From Squalus acanthias (lineage: Eukaryota): 64,000 nt of DNA. Positions 27,703 through 38,785 of this stretch are shown here, in pieces. The position numbers were made by a program, and so were the translations under genes. Numbering within the stretch: position 1 is the stretch's first letter; every line of letters begins with the position of its first letter. The notes beneath the pieces were generated by a model. That model ran no database searches. It saw only the letters and a program-made list of their open reading frames with translations, and was not told the origin of the DNA. The stretch is from contig CM059431.1 in assembly GCA_030390025.1 (NCBI GenBank), positions 95,110,001 to 95,174,000 on the forward strand, in the 5' to 3' direction.

Positions 27703-29817
27703 TTGAATAAAGGAGACTATGAGGGTATGAGAGCGGAATTGATTAAAGTGGACTGGGAAAATAGATTAAAGGGTAAGACGGTACATGAGCAGTGGTGTTC
27801 ATTTAAGGAGTTATTTTACAACTTTCAAAAAATATATATTCCACTGAGGAAAAAAGGGTATAAAAGAAATGACAGCCATCCGTGGCTACGTAAAGAAATT
27901 AAGGATAGTATCCGACTAAAAACAAGGACTTATAAGGTAGCCAAACTTAGTGGGAGGATAGAAGATTGGGAAGTCTTCAAAAGACAGCAAAAAGTAACTA
28001 AAGGATTGATTAAGAAAGGGAAGATAGATTATGAAAATAAATTAGCAAAAAATATAAAAACAGATAGCAAGAGTTTCTATAGTTATATAAAAAGAAAAAG
28101 GGTGGCTAAGGCAAACGTAGGTCCTTTAGAGGTTGAGACCGGGAAATTAATGGTGGGAAACATGGAGATGGCAAAAATGCTGAACAAATATTTTGTTTCA
28201 GTCTTTACGGTAGAGGACACTAAGAATATCCTAACACTGGACAAACAGGGGGCTCTAGTGGGGGAGGAGCTAAATACGATTAAAATCACTAAGGAATTGG
28301 TACTCAGTAAAATAATGGGACTCAAGGCGGATAAATCCCCTGGACCTGATGGCTTACATCCTAGGGTCTTGAGGGAAGTGGCAGTAGGGATTGTGGATGC
28401 TTTGGTAATAATTTTCCAAAATTCCCTGGACTCAGCAAAGGTCCCGGCAGATTGGAAAACTGCTAATGTAACACCCTTATTTAAAAAGGGTAGTAGGCAG
28501 AAGGCTGGAAATTATAGACCAGTTAGCCTAACATCTGTGGTGGGTAAAATTTTGGAGTCTATTATTAAGGAGACAGTAACGGAACATTTAGATAAACATA
28601 ATTTAATAGGACAAAGTCAGCATGGCTTTATGAAGGGGAAGTCATGTCTGACACATTTGCTTGAGTTCTTTGAGGACATAACGTACAGGGTGGATAAAGG
28701 GGAACCAGTGGACGTAGTGTATTTAGACTTCCAGAAGGCATTCGACAAGGTGCCACATAAAAGATTATTGCTCAAGATAAAAAATCACTGGATTAGGGGT
28801 AATATTCTGGCATGGGTGGAGGATTGGTTATCTAACAGGAAGCAGAGAGTTGGGATAAATGGTTCATTCTCGGACTGGCAACCAGTAGCCAATGGTTTTC
28901 CGCAGGGGTCGGTGCTGGGTCCCCAACTCTTTACAATCTATATTAACGATTTGGAGGAGGGGACCGAGTGTAACATATCAAAGTTTGCAGATGATACAAA
29001 GATGGGAGGGAAAGTAGAAAGTGAGGAGGACATAAAAAACTTGCAAGGGGATATAGACAGGCTGGGCGAGTGGGCAGAGATTTGGCAGATGCAATACAAT
29101 ATTGGAAAATGTGAGGTTATGCACTTTGGCAGGAAAAATCAGAGAGCAAGTTATTATCTTAATGGTGAGAAACTGGAAAGTACTGCAGTACAAAGGGATC
29201 TGGGGGTCCTAGTGCAAGAAAATAAAAAAGTTAGTATGCAGGTGCAGCAGGTGATCAAGAAGCCCAACAGAATGTTGGCTTTTATTGCTAGGAGGATAGA
29301 TTATAAAAACAGGGAGGTATTGCTGCAGTTATATAAGGTGAGACCGCACCTGGAATACTGCATACAGTTTTGGTGTCCATACTTAAGAAAAGACATACTT
29401 GCTCTCGAGGCAGTACAAAGAAGGTTCACTCGGTTAATCCCGGGGATGAGGGGGTGGACATATGAGGAGAGGTTGAGTAGATTGGGACTCTACTCATTGG
29501 AGTTCAGAAGAATGAGAGGCGATCTTATTGTAACATATAAGATTGTGATGGGGCTTGATCGGGTGGATGCGGTAAGGATGTTCCCAAGGATGGGTGAAAC
29601 TAGAACTAGGGGGAATAATCTTAGAATAAGGGGCTGCTCTTTCAAAACTGAGATGAGGAGAAACTTCTTCACTCAGAGGGTAGTAGGTCTGTGGAATTTG
29701 CTGCCCCAGGAAGCTGTGGAAGCTACATCATTAAATAAATTTAAAACAGAAATAGACAGTTTCCTAGAAGTAAAGGGAATTAGGGGTTACGGGGAGCGGG
29801 CAGGAAATTGGACATGA
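27703..29817 (+). CDS. CR1 ORF2 reverse transcriptase, open 704-codon frame lacking the endonuclease (no native start)
   Basis: KSPGPDG, NYRPVSLTS, FQKAFDKVPH, PQGSVLGP, FADDTK; small in-frame loss (LYKVRPH vs LYKALVRPH in other copies). Confidence 0.9.
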   Translation: MNKGDYEGMRAELIKVDWENRLKGKTVHEQWCSFKELFYNFQKIYIPLRKKGYKRNDSHPWLRKEIKDSIRLKTRTYKVAKLSGRIEDWEVFKRQQKVTKGLIKKGKIDYENKLAKNIKTDSKSFYSYIKRKRVAKANVGPLEVETGKLMVGNMEMAKMLNKYFVSVFTVEDTKNILTLDKQGALVGEELNTIKITKELVLSKIMGLKADKSPGPDGLHPRVLREVAVGIVDALVIIFQNSLDSAKVPADWKTANVTPLFKKGSRQKAGNYRPVSLTSVVGKILESIIKETVTEHLDKHNLIGQSQHGFMKGKSCLTHLLEFFEDITYRVDKGEPVDVVYLDFQKAFDKVPHKRLLLKIKNHWIRGNILAWVEDWLSNRKQRVGINGSFSDWQPVANGFPQGSVLGPQLFTIYINDLEEGTECNISKFADDTKMGGKVESEEDIKNLQGDIDRLGEWAEIWQMQYNIGKCEVMHFGRKNQRASYYLNGEKLESTAVQRDLGVLVQENKKVSMQVQQVIKKPNRMLAFIARRIDYKNREVLLQLYKVRPHLEYCIQFWCPYLRKDILALEAVQRRFTRLIPGMRGWTYEERLSRLGLYSLEFRRMRGDLIVTYKIVMGLDRVDAVRMFPRMGETRTRGNNLRIRGCSFKTEMRRNFFTQRVVGLWNLLPQEAVEATSLNKFKTEIDSFLEVKGIRGYGERAGNWT

Positions 29818-30019
29818 GGCTGAGTTCGGATCGGTCAAGGCCCTGTGGGTGGCGGAGCGGGCCCAGGGGCTGAGTGGCCTGGGTCCTGCTCCTACTTCTT
29901 GTGTTCTTTAGATTTGAGGTTAGGATCAGATCAGCCATGATCTTATTGAATGGCGGAGCAGGCTCGAGGGGCCGATTGGCCTACTCCTGCTCCTATTTCT
30001 TATGTTCTTATGTTCTTAT
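27704..30019 (+). mobile_element. Young 5'-truncated CR1 copy D nested in copy A
   Basis: Uninterrupted RT frame, (TTCTTATG)n tail, GTCT at both junctions. Confidence 0.95.
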
Positions 30020-31544
30020 GTCTCCTGCCTCCACACACAGATTACCCTTGTGATCTCTAATAGGCCCTACCCTTTCTTTAGTTATCCTCTTATTCTTAAT
30101 ATATTTATCAAACATCTTTGGGTTTTCCTTGATTTTACTTGCCAAGAATTTTTCATGCTCCCTCTTTGCTTTCTTATATCCTTTTTAATTGCACCCTGCA
30201 CTTTCTGTACTCCTCTAAAGATTCTGGAGTAGTTAGCCCTCGGTATCTGTCATACACCTCCCTTTTTTTCTTTATCCTACCCTGTATTCCCTAGACATCC
30301 AGGGGGATCTAGATTTGTCAGTCCCTCCTTTTTTCTTTAAGGGCACATATTTGGTCTGAACCCTCCTGATCTCCTCCTCGAATGCCTCCCACTGCTCTGA
30401 CACTGATTTACCTTCAAGTAGCTGTTTCCAGTCCACTATGGCTAAATCCCCTCTGAGCTTAGCAAAATTTGCTTTTCCCCAATTTAGAATTTTTATTCCT
30501 GGTCTATCCTTGTCCTTTTCCATAACTACCTTAAATCTAACAGAATTATGGTCACTAGCACCAAAATGCTCCCCCACTGATACGCCTTCTACCTGCCCAG
30601 CTTCATTCCCTAAAACTAAGTCCAGAACCACCCCCTCCCTTGTTGGGCTTGCTACATACTGGCTAAAAAAGTTCTCCTGGATGCATTTTAGGAATTCTGC
30701 ACCCTCTATACCCTTCACACTAATTTTATCCCAGTTAATATTGGGGTAGTTGAAATCCCCTACTATTACTGGCCTATAGGTTTTGCACTTCTCAGAAATT
30801 TGTCTCCATATTTGTTCTTCTGTCTCCCTCTCACTGTTGGGGGTCTGTAGTACACTCCCAGCAGTGTGATCGCCCCTTTTTTGTTTTTCAATTTGACCCA
30901 TATGGCCTCGTTTGATGATCCCCCCAACATATCATCCCTCCTCACAGCTGTAATAGTTTCTTTAATCAATACCGCAACCCCCCCTCCCTTTTTACCTCCC
31001 TCTCTATCCCATCTGAAAATCCTGTAACCAGGAATGTTGAGCTGCCATACCTGCCCCTCTTTCAGCCATGTCTCTGTAATAGCTATAATATCATAGTCCC
31101 AAGTATCTACCTGTGCCCTCAGCTCATCTGCCTTGTTTTGAAGTACTGTATATACCATTTAGTACAGGCAAGCCTCCTTGTTGACTACTATCTAGCCCTT
31201 GATTCCTCTGTCCTTCCAATTTACTTTCTACGTCATTATGTTTCCTATGGTAACCTGGCTAACACACATTGAAAGCCCTTGCCCAAGGCACATATTAATC
31301 TCCTTACAAGAAAAGATGGCACACCACAGGAGGGAGATAACCATCAAAGGAAAAGGTCCCACCTCTCTGCAAACACTGACCCCTATAGAAGAGGCTGCCA
31401 TTGACATCATCTGAAGACATACAACAGTCAGTGTCGGAGATGGCAAAGCTGGAGGCCTGCCACAGTAGGATGTGTTGGCACAATCCCTTTCTCTTCTCTT
31501 TCTACTCAACTCTTTCAGTCACACCCAGAGCATGACAATCTGGT

Positions 31545-31694
31545 AAAGAAAGATTTGCATTACACCTTTCACGACTTCAGGACGTCCCAAAGTGCTTTAC
31601 AGCCAATGAAGTGCTATATGAAGTGTAGTCACTGTTGTAATGTAGGAAACACGGCAGCCAATTTGCACACAGCAAGCTCCCACAAACAGCAATG
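31545..31694 (-). mobile_element. 3' part of a DeuSINE (SacSINE1-like)
   Basis: Reverse complement of the same tail seen at 44700-44855 (gtgggagcttgctgtgtgcaaattggctgcc...aagcactttgggacgtcctga); family name from recall. Confidence 0.75.
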
Positions 31695-33303
31695 TTGGTG
31701 CATTGCGGTGGCATTGATCTACTACTGCCCACCCTTTCAAATATACGTCCTAACCCTTGACCCTCTCCCGTTTTTGTCGGCCAATTTTGTAGGTCACTAG
31801 TGCCAGACAGACAGATGAGGAAAACCCTGATGACACTGCACCGTCACTTGCTCGTACTCTGCAAAGCATCAGCACAGAAATCGGCATCCCGTGTTACTTA
31901 TATAGTGAGTTCAAGGGGACTGCACCAGGGTATTTACCAAGCACAAGTCAGCAGCAGCAGGTGGAGGTGGCCAAGAGAACAGCTTATGTTCTAGCTCTGC
32001 TGAAGAAGACAGATATGCCAACTTCAGGGGCGCAGTATTTAAAAGAAAAATAATTCCTGTGCACCAGCAATTGCTGAAGGCATTGAACTACATGTCAGGG
32101 AGCTTCCAAACATGCTGGATAGTATGGTGGAGTCCATTGCCATATAGCATCAAGACTCTGCAGTCAACTATAGAGCATGTCATCACCTCAATGTCTATTA
32201 CAGTTGAAGCCCCCCCACAGGAATCTGTGATGTCTGTAATAACATCTCTCACTGAGGCCCAACAGACTCTGGGTTCAACCATCTGCTTTGCCTTGAACAG
32301 GTTGGCAAAGAGAATAGATTGGGGCTTCATTTCGATTATGGAACACCTAGACGTTGCTCTCCTGCAGATCCTCAACAACAATAGTCGTGCAATGGGAATG
32401 CTTATGATGGCAGCTCTCATGATACACTTCTGTATCCTTGCGACCTGTTGACCTAATACTCACCAAGGTACCAGAAAATAAGCTGAGCCAGACTATCCAG
32501 GCAGATACAGAGTTGTTACAGTCTGTAGCTGAGCCCTCTCAGGCCTGAGCTCCCAGAGGTCACAGACCATGGCCAGCTCATGATTTCTTGACAGAACCAC
32601 AGCAAGCTCCCCCCTACCATATTGCACCCAGTCAGGCAACACCTCGTAGAAGTACGAGAGTAGATAAAAGAGTACTTCAGAAAGGCACGAGGGGCTCAGA
32701 AGGTGACAGGAATTAGTTTGTAAGCCTTTTTGTAAACCAGTAAAACCACAATGGTGTTTGAAATCTATGGCCGTGAAATTCGGCCCCTTAGCGACAGCTG
32801 ATAAGGCTTGTTTCAGTGCAAAATGGCGCCTGCTTCACTTCCACATACTTCTGCGCAGAACACATCGGCCGCCATTTTGGGCAGTTCGGCAGTGCTGCAG
32901 TTGCCTGCGTTCGCTGCAAACATGGTAATCAGTCAGATTGTGACGTCAATCAGCGTACAATGCTGAATTGACATACGACATGCTATTTCAGATGTCGCCA
33001 CTCCTTTTAATGCTCTCGCCAAAGCACGCACAGCTGAACGTGTGTGCAGCTGTACAACGGACCCCTCACCAGCACCTTTTAAAGAGACAGATGCAACTTT
33101 CAGGTAAGTTTAGATTTTGTGCTTTTGTACTGGTTTCTTTACATTTTATTGAAGTAATGGCTTGGTGTACAACGTTTAAAATTTTGTTAAAGTGTGCAGG
33201 AAGTGCTGTTGGACATTTGCAAGGCTTTGACTCTCCCTTGGGTGCAACATGACATGGAGATGGAGCAGAGGCAGCAAAGCGGACAAGCTGCTCACAGAGG
33301 AAG

Positions 33304-33340
<37 letters not shown>

Positions 33341-33994
33341 CAGAAGAGGAGGAAGCGGAAGGAAGGAGGTAACCTAGGCTGACCCTTTCTGGCCTGGATA
33401 TCCGGGATGGAATCATCTGCCTGCGGTATCGGTGACCACAACCCCAATTCCCCTTTCAACATTTGTCCCACACCTTATCTTCCCTCTGTCACTGACCATC
33501 ACAGCGTCCTCTTGGCCACAATGCTGAAATAAAAGCCACAACAAACCAAGCTTTCCAATCCAACTTTATCTATATATGCATCTAATACAATATCAAAAAA
33601 TCAACTAATCACCCGTATGCATTCCCTTAGTGAGTGTCTTGCGTATGCCTTTGCCTTCCTAGTGATCTTTCGCAGTTCTACCCCAATGGCTGCAGCATGG
33701 CTGGTGGAAGGCTTCTGACTTTCAGTGGGGGAGACTGCAGATGGCCTTGCAGGATTACCTCGAGGAGCTGGTGGTTGGGATTGTGAATTCGAGTGACAGT
33801 GTTTCTTTTTCTTCTTCTTCACTCTCCTCACCCTCTGCTTGTTGACCCACTGGTTGGGCAGCCTGGACTTCTTAGGTGTCTGAAATGAGGAAGGCACAAG
33901 GATAGGGTTGTAGTGAGCAGAGTGGGGGAAAGTAAGAGGTGCATGCTTATACCACGGGCAGATTGTAAATCAGAAGGTATTGTGGGTTGAGGGG

Positions 33995-34196
33995 TGACAT
34001 GAATTTGTCATTCATGACTTATGAAATAATACTGAGTGGCCTGCGGGTGGCGGTGTCCAGGGAGAGTATAAATACTCGGGCACGGGCCCAGCTTAACAGG
34101 AACTAATGAGCGACACAACTAGACTTCATGTTGTAAAACAGTTGATTAAAGCTTTGTTAACGCTGAGACCAAGTGCCTAGTAGTTTTCTTATGTCA
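33995..34196 (+). mobile_element. Solo LTR, 202 bp
   Basis: TGACAT...ATGTCA inverted termini; AGGGG 5-bp TSD (33990-33994, 34197-34201); TATAAATA 34067; ATTAAA 34145. Confidence 0.85.
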
Positions 34197-34733
34197 AGGG
34201 GGAAGTGGGATGTGAGAAGGAGGATAACGTATGAGGATACCAGCATCTTGTATTGTTTTAGCCTCGCCACTGACCAAGGGCTCAGCCATGCCGCTGCCAA
34301 GAATAGCCAGCTCCATCTCCTCCAAGTGGGTGAGGTGAAGATTGGAATGTGAGGTGTGCTTTGTGTTTGGTAGAGATTGTTGGTAGGTGAGTGATGGGGG
34401 GTTGTGCATTGAGCAGTGTGTGATGCTGGTGTTGCAGCTGGTAGGAGACGGCTTTTGAAGATGCATTCACTGACCTTGACCACTCGTCTGAGGTCATGAA
34501 ACTCCTTTGGGCTGCTGGCAGTGACGACCTCGGCAATCTGGTCCCACATCTTTCTTTCTGGAGGGCCTCCTGGCCCCCTGTGGATAGCGGACCTCTCTTC
34601 CAGTGCTCATCCCCTGCATAAAGGCCTCGAGTACTGTGTCCGATACCCTGGGTGCCCTTTTCCTGGCCTGCTGAGCCAGTTTGGTTAGTGCTGAAGCACT
34701 TTTAAAATTTTTGATTTGCGGAAGGCAGCTCAT

Positions 34734-34900
34734 CCTTAAGAGGAGCAGCCTACCTTTAAGAGGCGCAGGCTAGCTTTAAGAGGAGCAGCCTACCTTTAAG
34801 AGGCGCAGGCTAGCTTTAAGAGGGGCAACCTACCTTTAAGAAGCGCAGGCTAGCTTTAAGAGGCGCAGGCTAGCTTTAAGAGGAGCAGGCTAGCTTTAAG
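34734..34900. repeat. 20-bp tandem repeat x8 with alternating A/B units
   Basis: AGGAGCAGCCTACCTTTAAG alternating with AGGCGCAGGCTAGCTTTAAG. Confidence 0.95.
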
Positions 34901-35487
34901 TAAAGCCTCGCTCGAATATCGAGAACATTGGGCCCCCTGCTGAGCACACAGCCTGTCAGCAACACGTTCAGCGCTGGGCTGTGTGCTGCAATCATTATAA
35001 TTAGCAGGCAGTATGAACTTGACGTGCTGCCTGTGCTCCTTTCAACGGGCACGGGCATATCGCACATCGCGGTGCCCGTGCTCGTTTTTATGCGTTATCG
35101 AATTTCACTCCCTTTGTATGCAGCAAGTGTTCCTGTAGTGGCTGGTGATCTTAGCTGACATGAATATCAGTTTTGGTATTTGGGCAGATGCTGTAGGGAC
35201 ATGTGTTGGATATAACTTAATATAGGGAAGAATGGGTTGTTCAAGCTGAAGTTCTCCTCAATGACCTGCTGACAAACAGGTTGCAGGGAACTTCTTCGTC
35301 ATCCCCTATGTCATTGGTGGCCTCACCACCATCTTGTTGGCTCTATGTGTTGCTGCCAGTGTAGAACAAATTCAGCATACAGCAAATCAAATCATACAGA
35401 CACTCATAGGAACAGGAGTAGGCTATTCTACTCTTTCTAGGCTGTAATACAGGAAGCCACCAAGCCTGTCCATGCATCTGAATCACT

Positions 35488-36547
35488 GGCTGGAATTTTA
35501 TCTTGGAGGCAGGTAGGGAGCGGGGACGGGGGGGCGTGCTGGAATGCAGTTGGGAAACCCGGGAGAACGGGTTTTCCTCAGGCCTTGCCAAATTTAATGG
35601 CAGGGCCTGATTAACATTTTGTTTCTCTATTTTCCACCCGCAGCCAGCCAGAATGAGAGGCTGGCTGGTTGTTGACGGGTAGCAGAGAAGAGGGAGGGAG
35701 GGAGGGATCAGAGGCCGGGGGTGGTGGGAGTAGAAAGGCCGAGGTCAGAGGGGGCTGCAGATTCGGGAGTAGGAAGGTAGGGATCGGTGGGGGCCGGAGA
35801 TCAGAGGGGTGGGGTTCCGGGGGCTGGAAGGCCGGAGGGGGTTCGGGGGCCGAGGGCTGTAAGCTGGACAGGGGGTCGGGGCCCGAGGGCCGAGGATCGG
35901 AGGCCAGACAGGAGGTCGGGAGCAGGGGGCTAAGGTTCAGAGGCCGGACAGGGGGGTACCGATGGATCGGAGGCCAGATAGGGTTCGGGGGCCAGGGCCC
36001 GGGGATCAGAAGGCTAGAGGTGGGATCGGGGGCAAGGGATTGGAGGCCGGAGGGGGGATCGGATGCTGGGGGAGGGGCAGTGTCGGAAGGCTGGAGGGGG
36101 GATCGGATCGGAGGCCGCATGGGGGGGTGGTCAGAGGCCTCGGGGCAGGAAGTCTTGGGGAGATTGGAAGTGTCGGGGTGGGTGTCTGATCACGGGGGAT
36201 TGGTGAGGCAGGAAAGCTGGATCCAGCAAGTAAGTAGAAAGGCACTTACCTGCTGGATCCAGTGTTCCGCGCCTTCCTTTAGCTGGCGGGTTCCCCAAGG
36301 CCTGGGAAACCCGGTCAGCTAGAGTTAAATTTAAAATGGAGCTTCAAAATGAGGCACGCAGCCTCATTACAATATTTAAAGTTCCAACCCGCTTCCTGGG
36401 GGTGGGTTGGCTGCCCGCCCCGTCCCGCCTCCATTAAAACCAAAAGTGGGTGGGTTGGAGGCAGATTAGGGTCGGGATTCCGATTTTAATACTTTAACCT
36501 CCTACCCGACCCCAACCTACCTGGTTTTGGGAGTCAAAAATCTCCAC
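35488..36547. mobile_element. Harbinger-type MITE with G-rich low-complexity core (~35690-36210)
   Basis: Degenerate TIR GGCTGGAATTTT / rc GTGGAGATTTTT; flanks ACT/ATT; GC-rich subterminal motifs. Confidence 0.65.
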
Positions 36548-37092
36548 ATTGTTTGAGGACTCCAACGTGAACTGTAATTAACCCATTGATCTTGAGACGG
36601 ATTTTGCGGTCAGTGGCGAACGAGTGACCTCATCTGTTTGTTACACGCACACTTGCCCATAGACTTTCGATGGGCTTTTGTACTGGAAGTTCCTGTCAGC
36701 CAAACATCGAAAAAGCACAGCGCCCTCTACAGGGGATCTGGGACCTGTGTGAACAGGGCCAGCAACTGTGTATCTCCTTAACCAATCAGATTGAAGAAAT
36801 GTTAATGAGCAGCACAAAGTCTGAACCAGGAAGCATCAGTTAAAATACTGAATTCAATGTTAAATCAGGTACAGAAAGCAAAATAAAGGGAGGGAAAGAA
36901 AGATTGGATTAAGAGAGAAAGATAAATGAGACCAAAAGAAAAAGTAAAAAAAAGTTTTTTTTTAAATCTCCAACAATAATTAAAATCTGAAGGAATGAGA
37001 CTCCACACTTGTAAAAGTTTATTTTCAGTGCCAGAGAGGTAGTTTGGCAGTAATTAAGACTTTTCTGGCAAAGGAATGGTGGGCCAAATTGT

Positions 37093-38785
37093 TTTTTATT
37101 TGTTTATGGGATGTGGGCATCGCTGGCAAGGCCAGTATTTATTGCCCATCCATAATTGCCCTTGAGAAGGTGGCGGTGAGCCGCTGCGGTTCGTGTGGTG
37201 AATGTACTCCCAGAGTGCTGTTAGATATTGAGTTCCAGGATTTTGACCTAGCAACGATATACTTCTATGTCAGGATGGTGTGTGACTTGGAGGTGGTGGT
37301 GTTCCCATGTGCCTGCTGCCCTTGTCCTTCTAGGTGGAAGAGGTCGTGGGTTTGGGAGGTGCTGCCGAAGAAGCCTTGGCGAGTTGCTGCAGTGCATCTT
37401 GTAGATGGTACACACTGCAGCCATGGTACACCAGTGGTGGAGGGAGTGAATGTTTAAGGTGGTGGATGAGGTGCCAATCAAGCGGGCTGCTTTGTCCTGG
37501 ATGGTGCTGAGCTTCTTGAGTGTTGTTGCAGCTGCACTCATCCGGGCAAGTGAAGAGTATTCCATCACACTCCTGACTTGTAGATGGTGGAAAGGCTTTG
37601 GGGAGTCAGGAGGTGAGACACTCGCCACAGACTACCCAGCCTCTGACCTGCTCTTGTTGCCACAGTATTTATGTGGCTGGTCAATGGTAACCTCCAGGAT
37701 GTTGATGGTGGGGGATTCGGCGATGGTAATGCTGTTGAATGTCAAGGGGTGGTGGTTAGATTCTCGCTTGTTGGGGATAGTCATTGCCTGGTGCTTGTGT
37801 GGCGCGAATGTTACGTGTCACTTATCAGCCCAAGCCTGACCATCGTCCAGGTCTTTTACATGACTGCTTCATTATCTGAGGAGTTGTGAATGGCACTGAA
37901 CACTGTGCAGTCATCAGTGAACATCCCCATTTCTGACCTTATGTTGGATGAAGCAGCTTGGGCCTAGGACACTGGTGGATGCCCAGTTTTGAGCTGCTAG
38001 ATCTGTTCTGAATCTATTCCATTCTGTACCCTTGCTACTCTCAGTGCTTTTTCCAACTGGTGTTCAACATGGAGGAGTACTGATTCATCAGCTGAGGGAG
38101 GTAATCAGTGTGGTAATACAGCAGGCGGTTTCCTTGCCTATTCTTGGCCTGAAGCTATGAGACTTCATGGGGTCCGGAGTCAATGTTGAGGACAGCCAGG
38201 GCCACTCCTTCCCGACTGTATACCTCTGTGCTGCCACCCCTGATGGGTCTGTCCTGCCGGTGGGACGGAACATACCCAGGGATAGTGATGGAGGAGTTGG
38301 ATTATGTCAGGCTGTTCCTTGACTAGTCTGTGGGACAGCTCTCCCAATTTTGGCACAAGTCCCCCAGATGTTGGTGAGGAGGACTTTGCAGGGTCGACTG
38401 GGCTGGGTGTACCATTGCCGTGTCCGTAGCCAGTGCCGAGGTCGATGCCGGGTGGTCCATCCGATTTTATTCTTATTATTATTGTTGTGTTTCGTAGCGG
38501 TTTGTTACAACTGAGTGGCTTGCTAGGCCATTTCAGAGGGCAGTTAAGAGTCAACCACATTGCTGGAGTTACATATAGGCCAGGCCAGGTAAGGATGGCA
38601 GATTTCCTTCCCTAAAGGACATTAGTGAACCAGATGGGTTTTTACATCAATCCGATAGTTTCATGGTTACCATTACTGATACTAGCTTTTTAACTGCCGT
38701 GGTGGGATTTGAACTCACGTCTCTGGATCATTAGTCCAGGCCTACTGGATTATTAGTCCAGTAACCTTACCACTATGCTACCATT
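37093..38785 (-). mobile_element. Internally deleted LINE distinct from the local CR1s (clade uncertain) with a tRNA-like 5' head
   Basis: Endonuclease start GLVPKLGELSHRLVKEQPDII; RT C-terminus QVRSVMEYSS...LSTIQDKAARLI; 3' end near 37095; A/B-box-like head 38697-38782. Confidence 0.8.
38697..38782 (-). promoter_or_regulatory. tRNA-derived Pol III-type head (A box and B box)
   Basis: Minus strand GGTAGCATAGTGG ... GAGTTCAAATCCC, with an internal duplication of CTGGACTAATRATCCAG. Confidence 0.7.

Larger units (their letters stand above)
21681..31200 (-). mobile_element. CR1 LINE host copy A (ORF2 + 3' end) in three pieces: 21681-21865, ~26190-27703, ~30020-31200
   Basis: (CATAGAAT)n tail at 21681; pieces rejoin across insertions; NKADELRAQ, ITETWL, YYRPP, GDFNYP, FSKAFDKVPH, RPQLEYCVQFWSP. 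Confidence 0.9.
32769..35112. mobile_element. Internally deleted Harbinger element with transposase N/C-terminal remnants (+) and Myb/SANT remnant (-)
   Basis: TIR GGCCGTGAAATTCG / rc GGGAGTGAAATTCG; flanks TAT/TTT; minus strand RKRAPRVSDTVLEAF, MWDQIAEVV, FHDLRRVVK; acidic GAG-rich tract 33295-33365. Confidence 0.85.

Noticed and set aside
33066..33416. Poly-Ser or poly-Arg protein
   Set aside because: Alternative frames of the GAG-rich acidic tail of a Harbinger transposase relic
35611..36322. Gly-rich (217 aa) and Pro-rich (169 aa) ORFs
   Set aside because: Stop-poor low-complexity MITE core; open on both strands
38697..38782. Functional tRNA gene
   Set aside because: Internal duplication breaks the cloverleaf and it is fused to retroelement sequence
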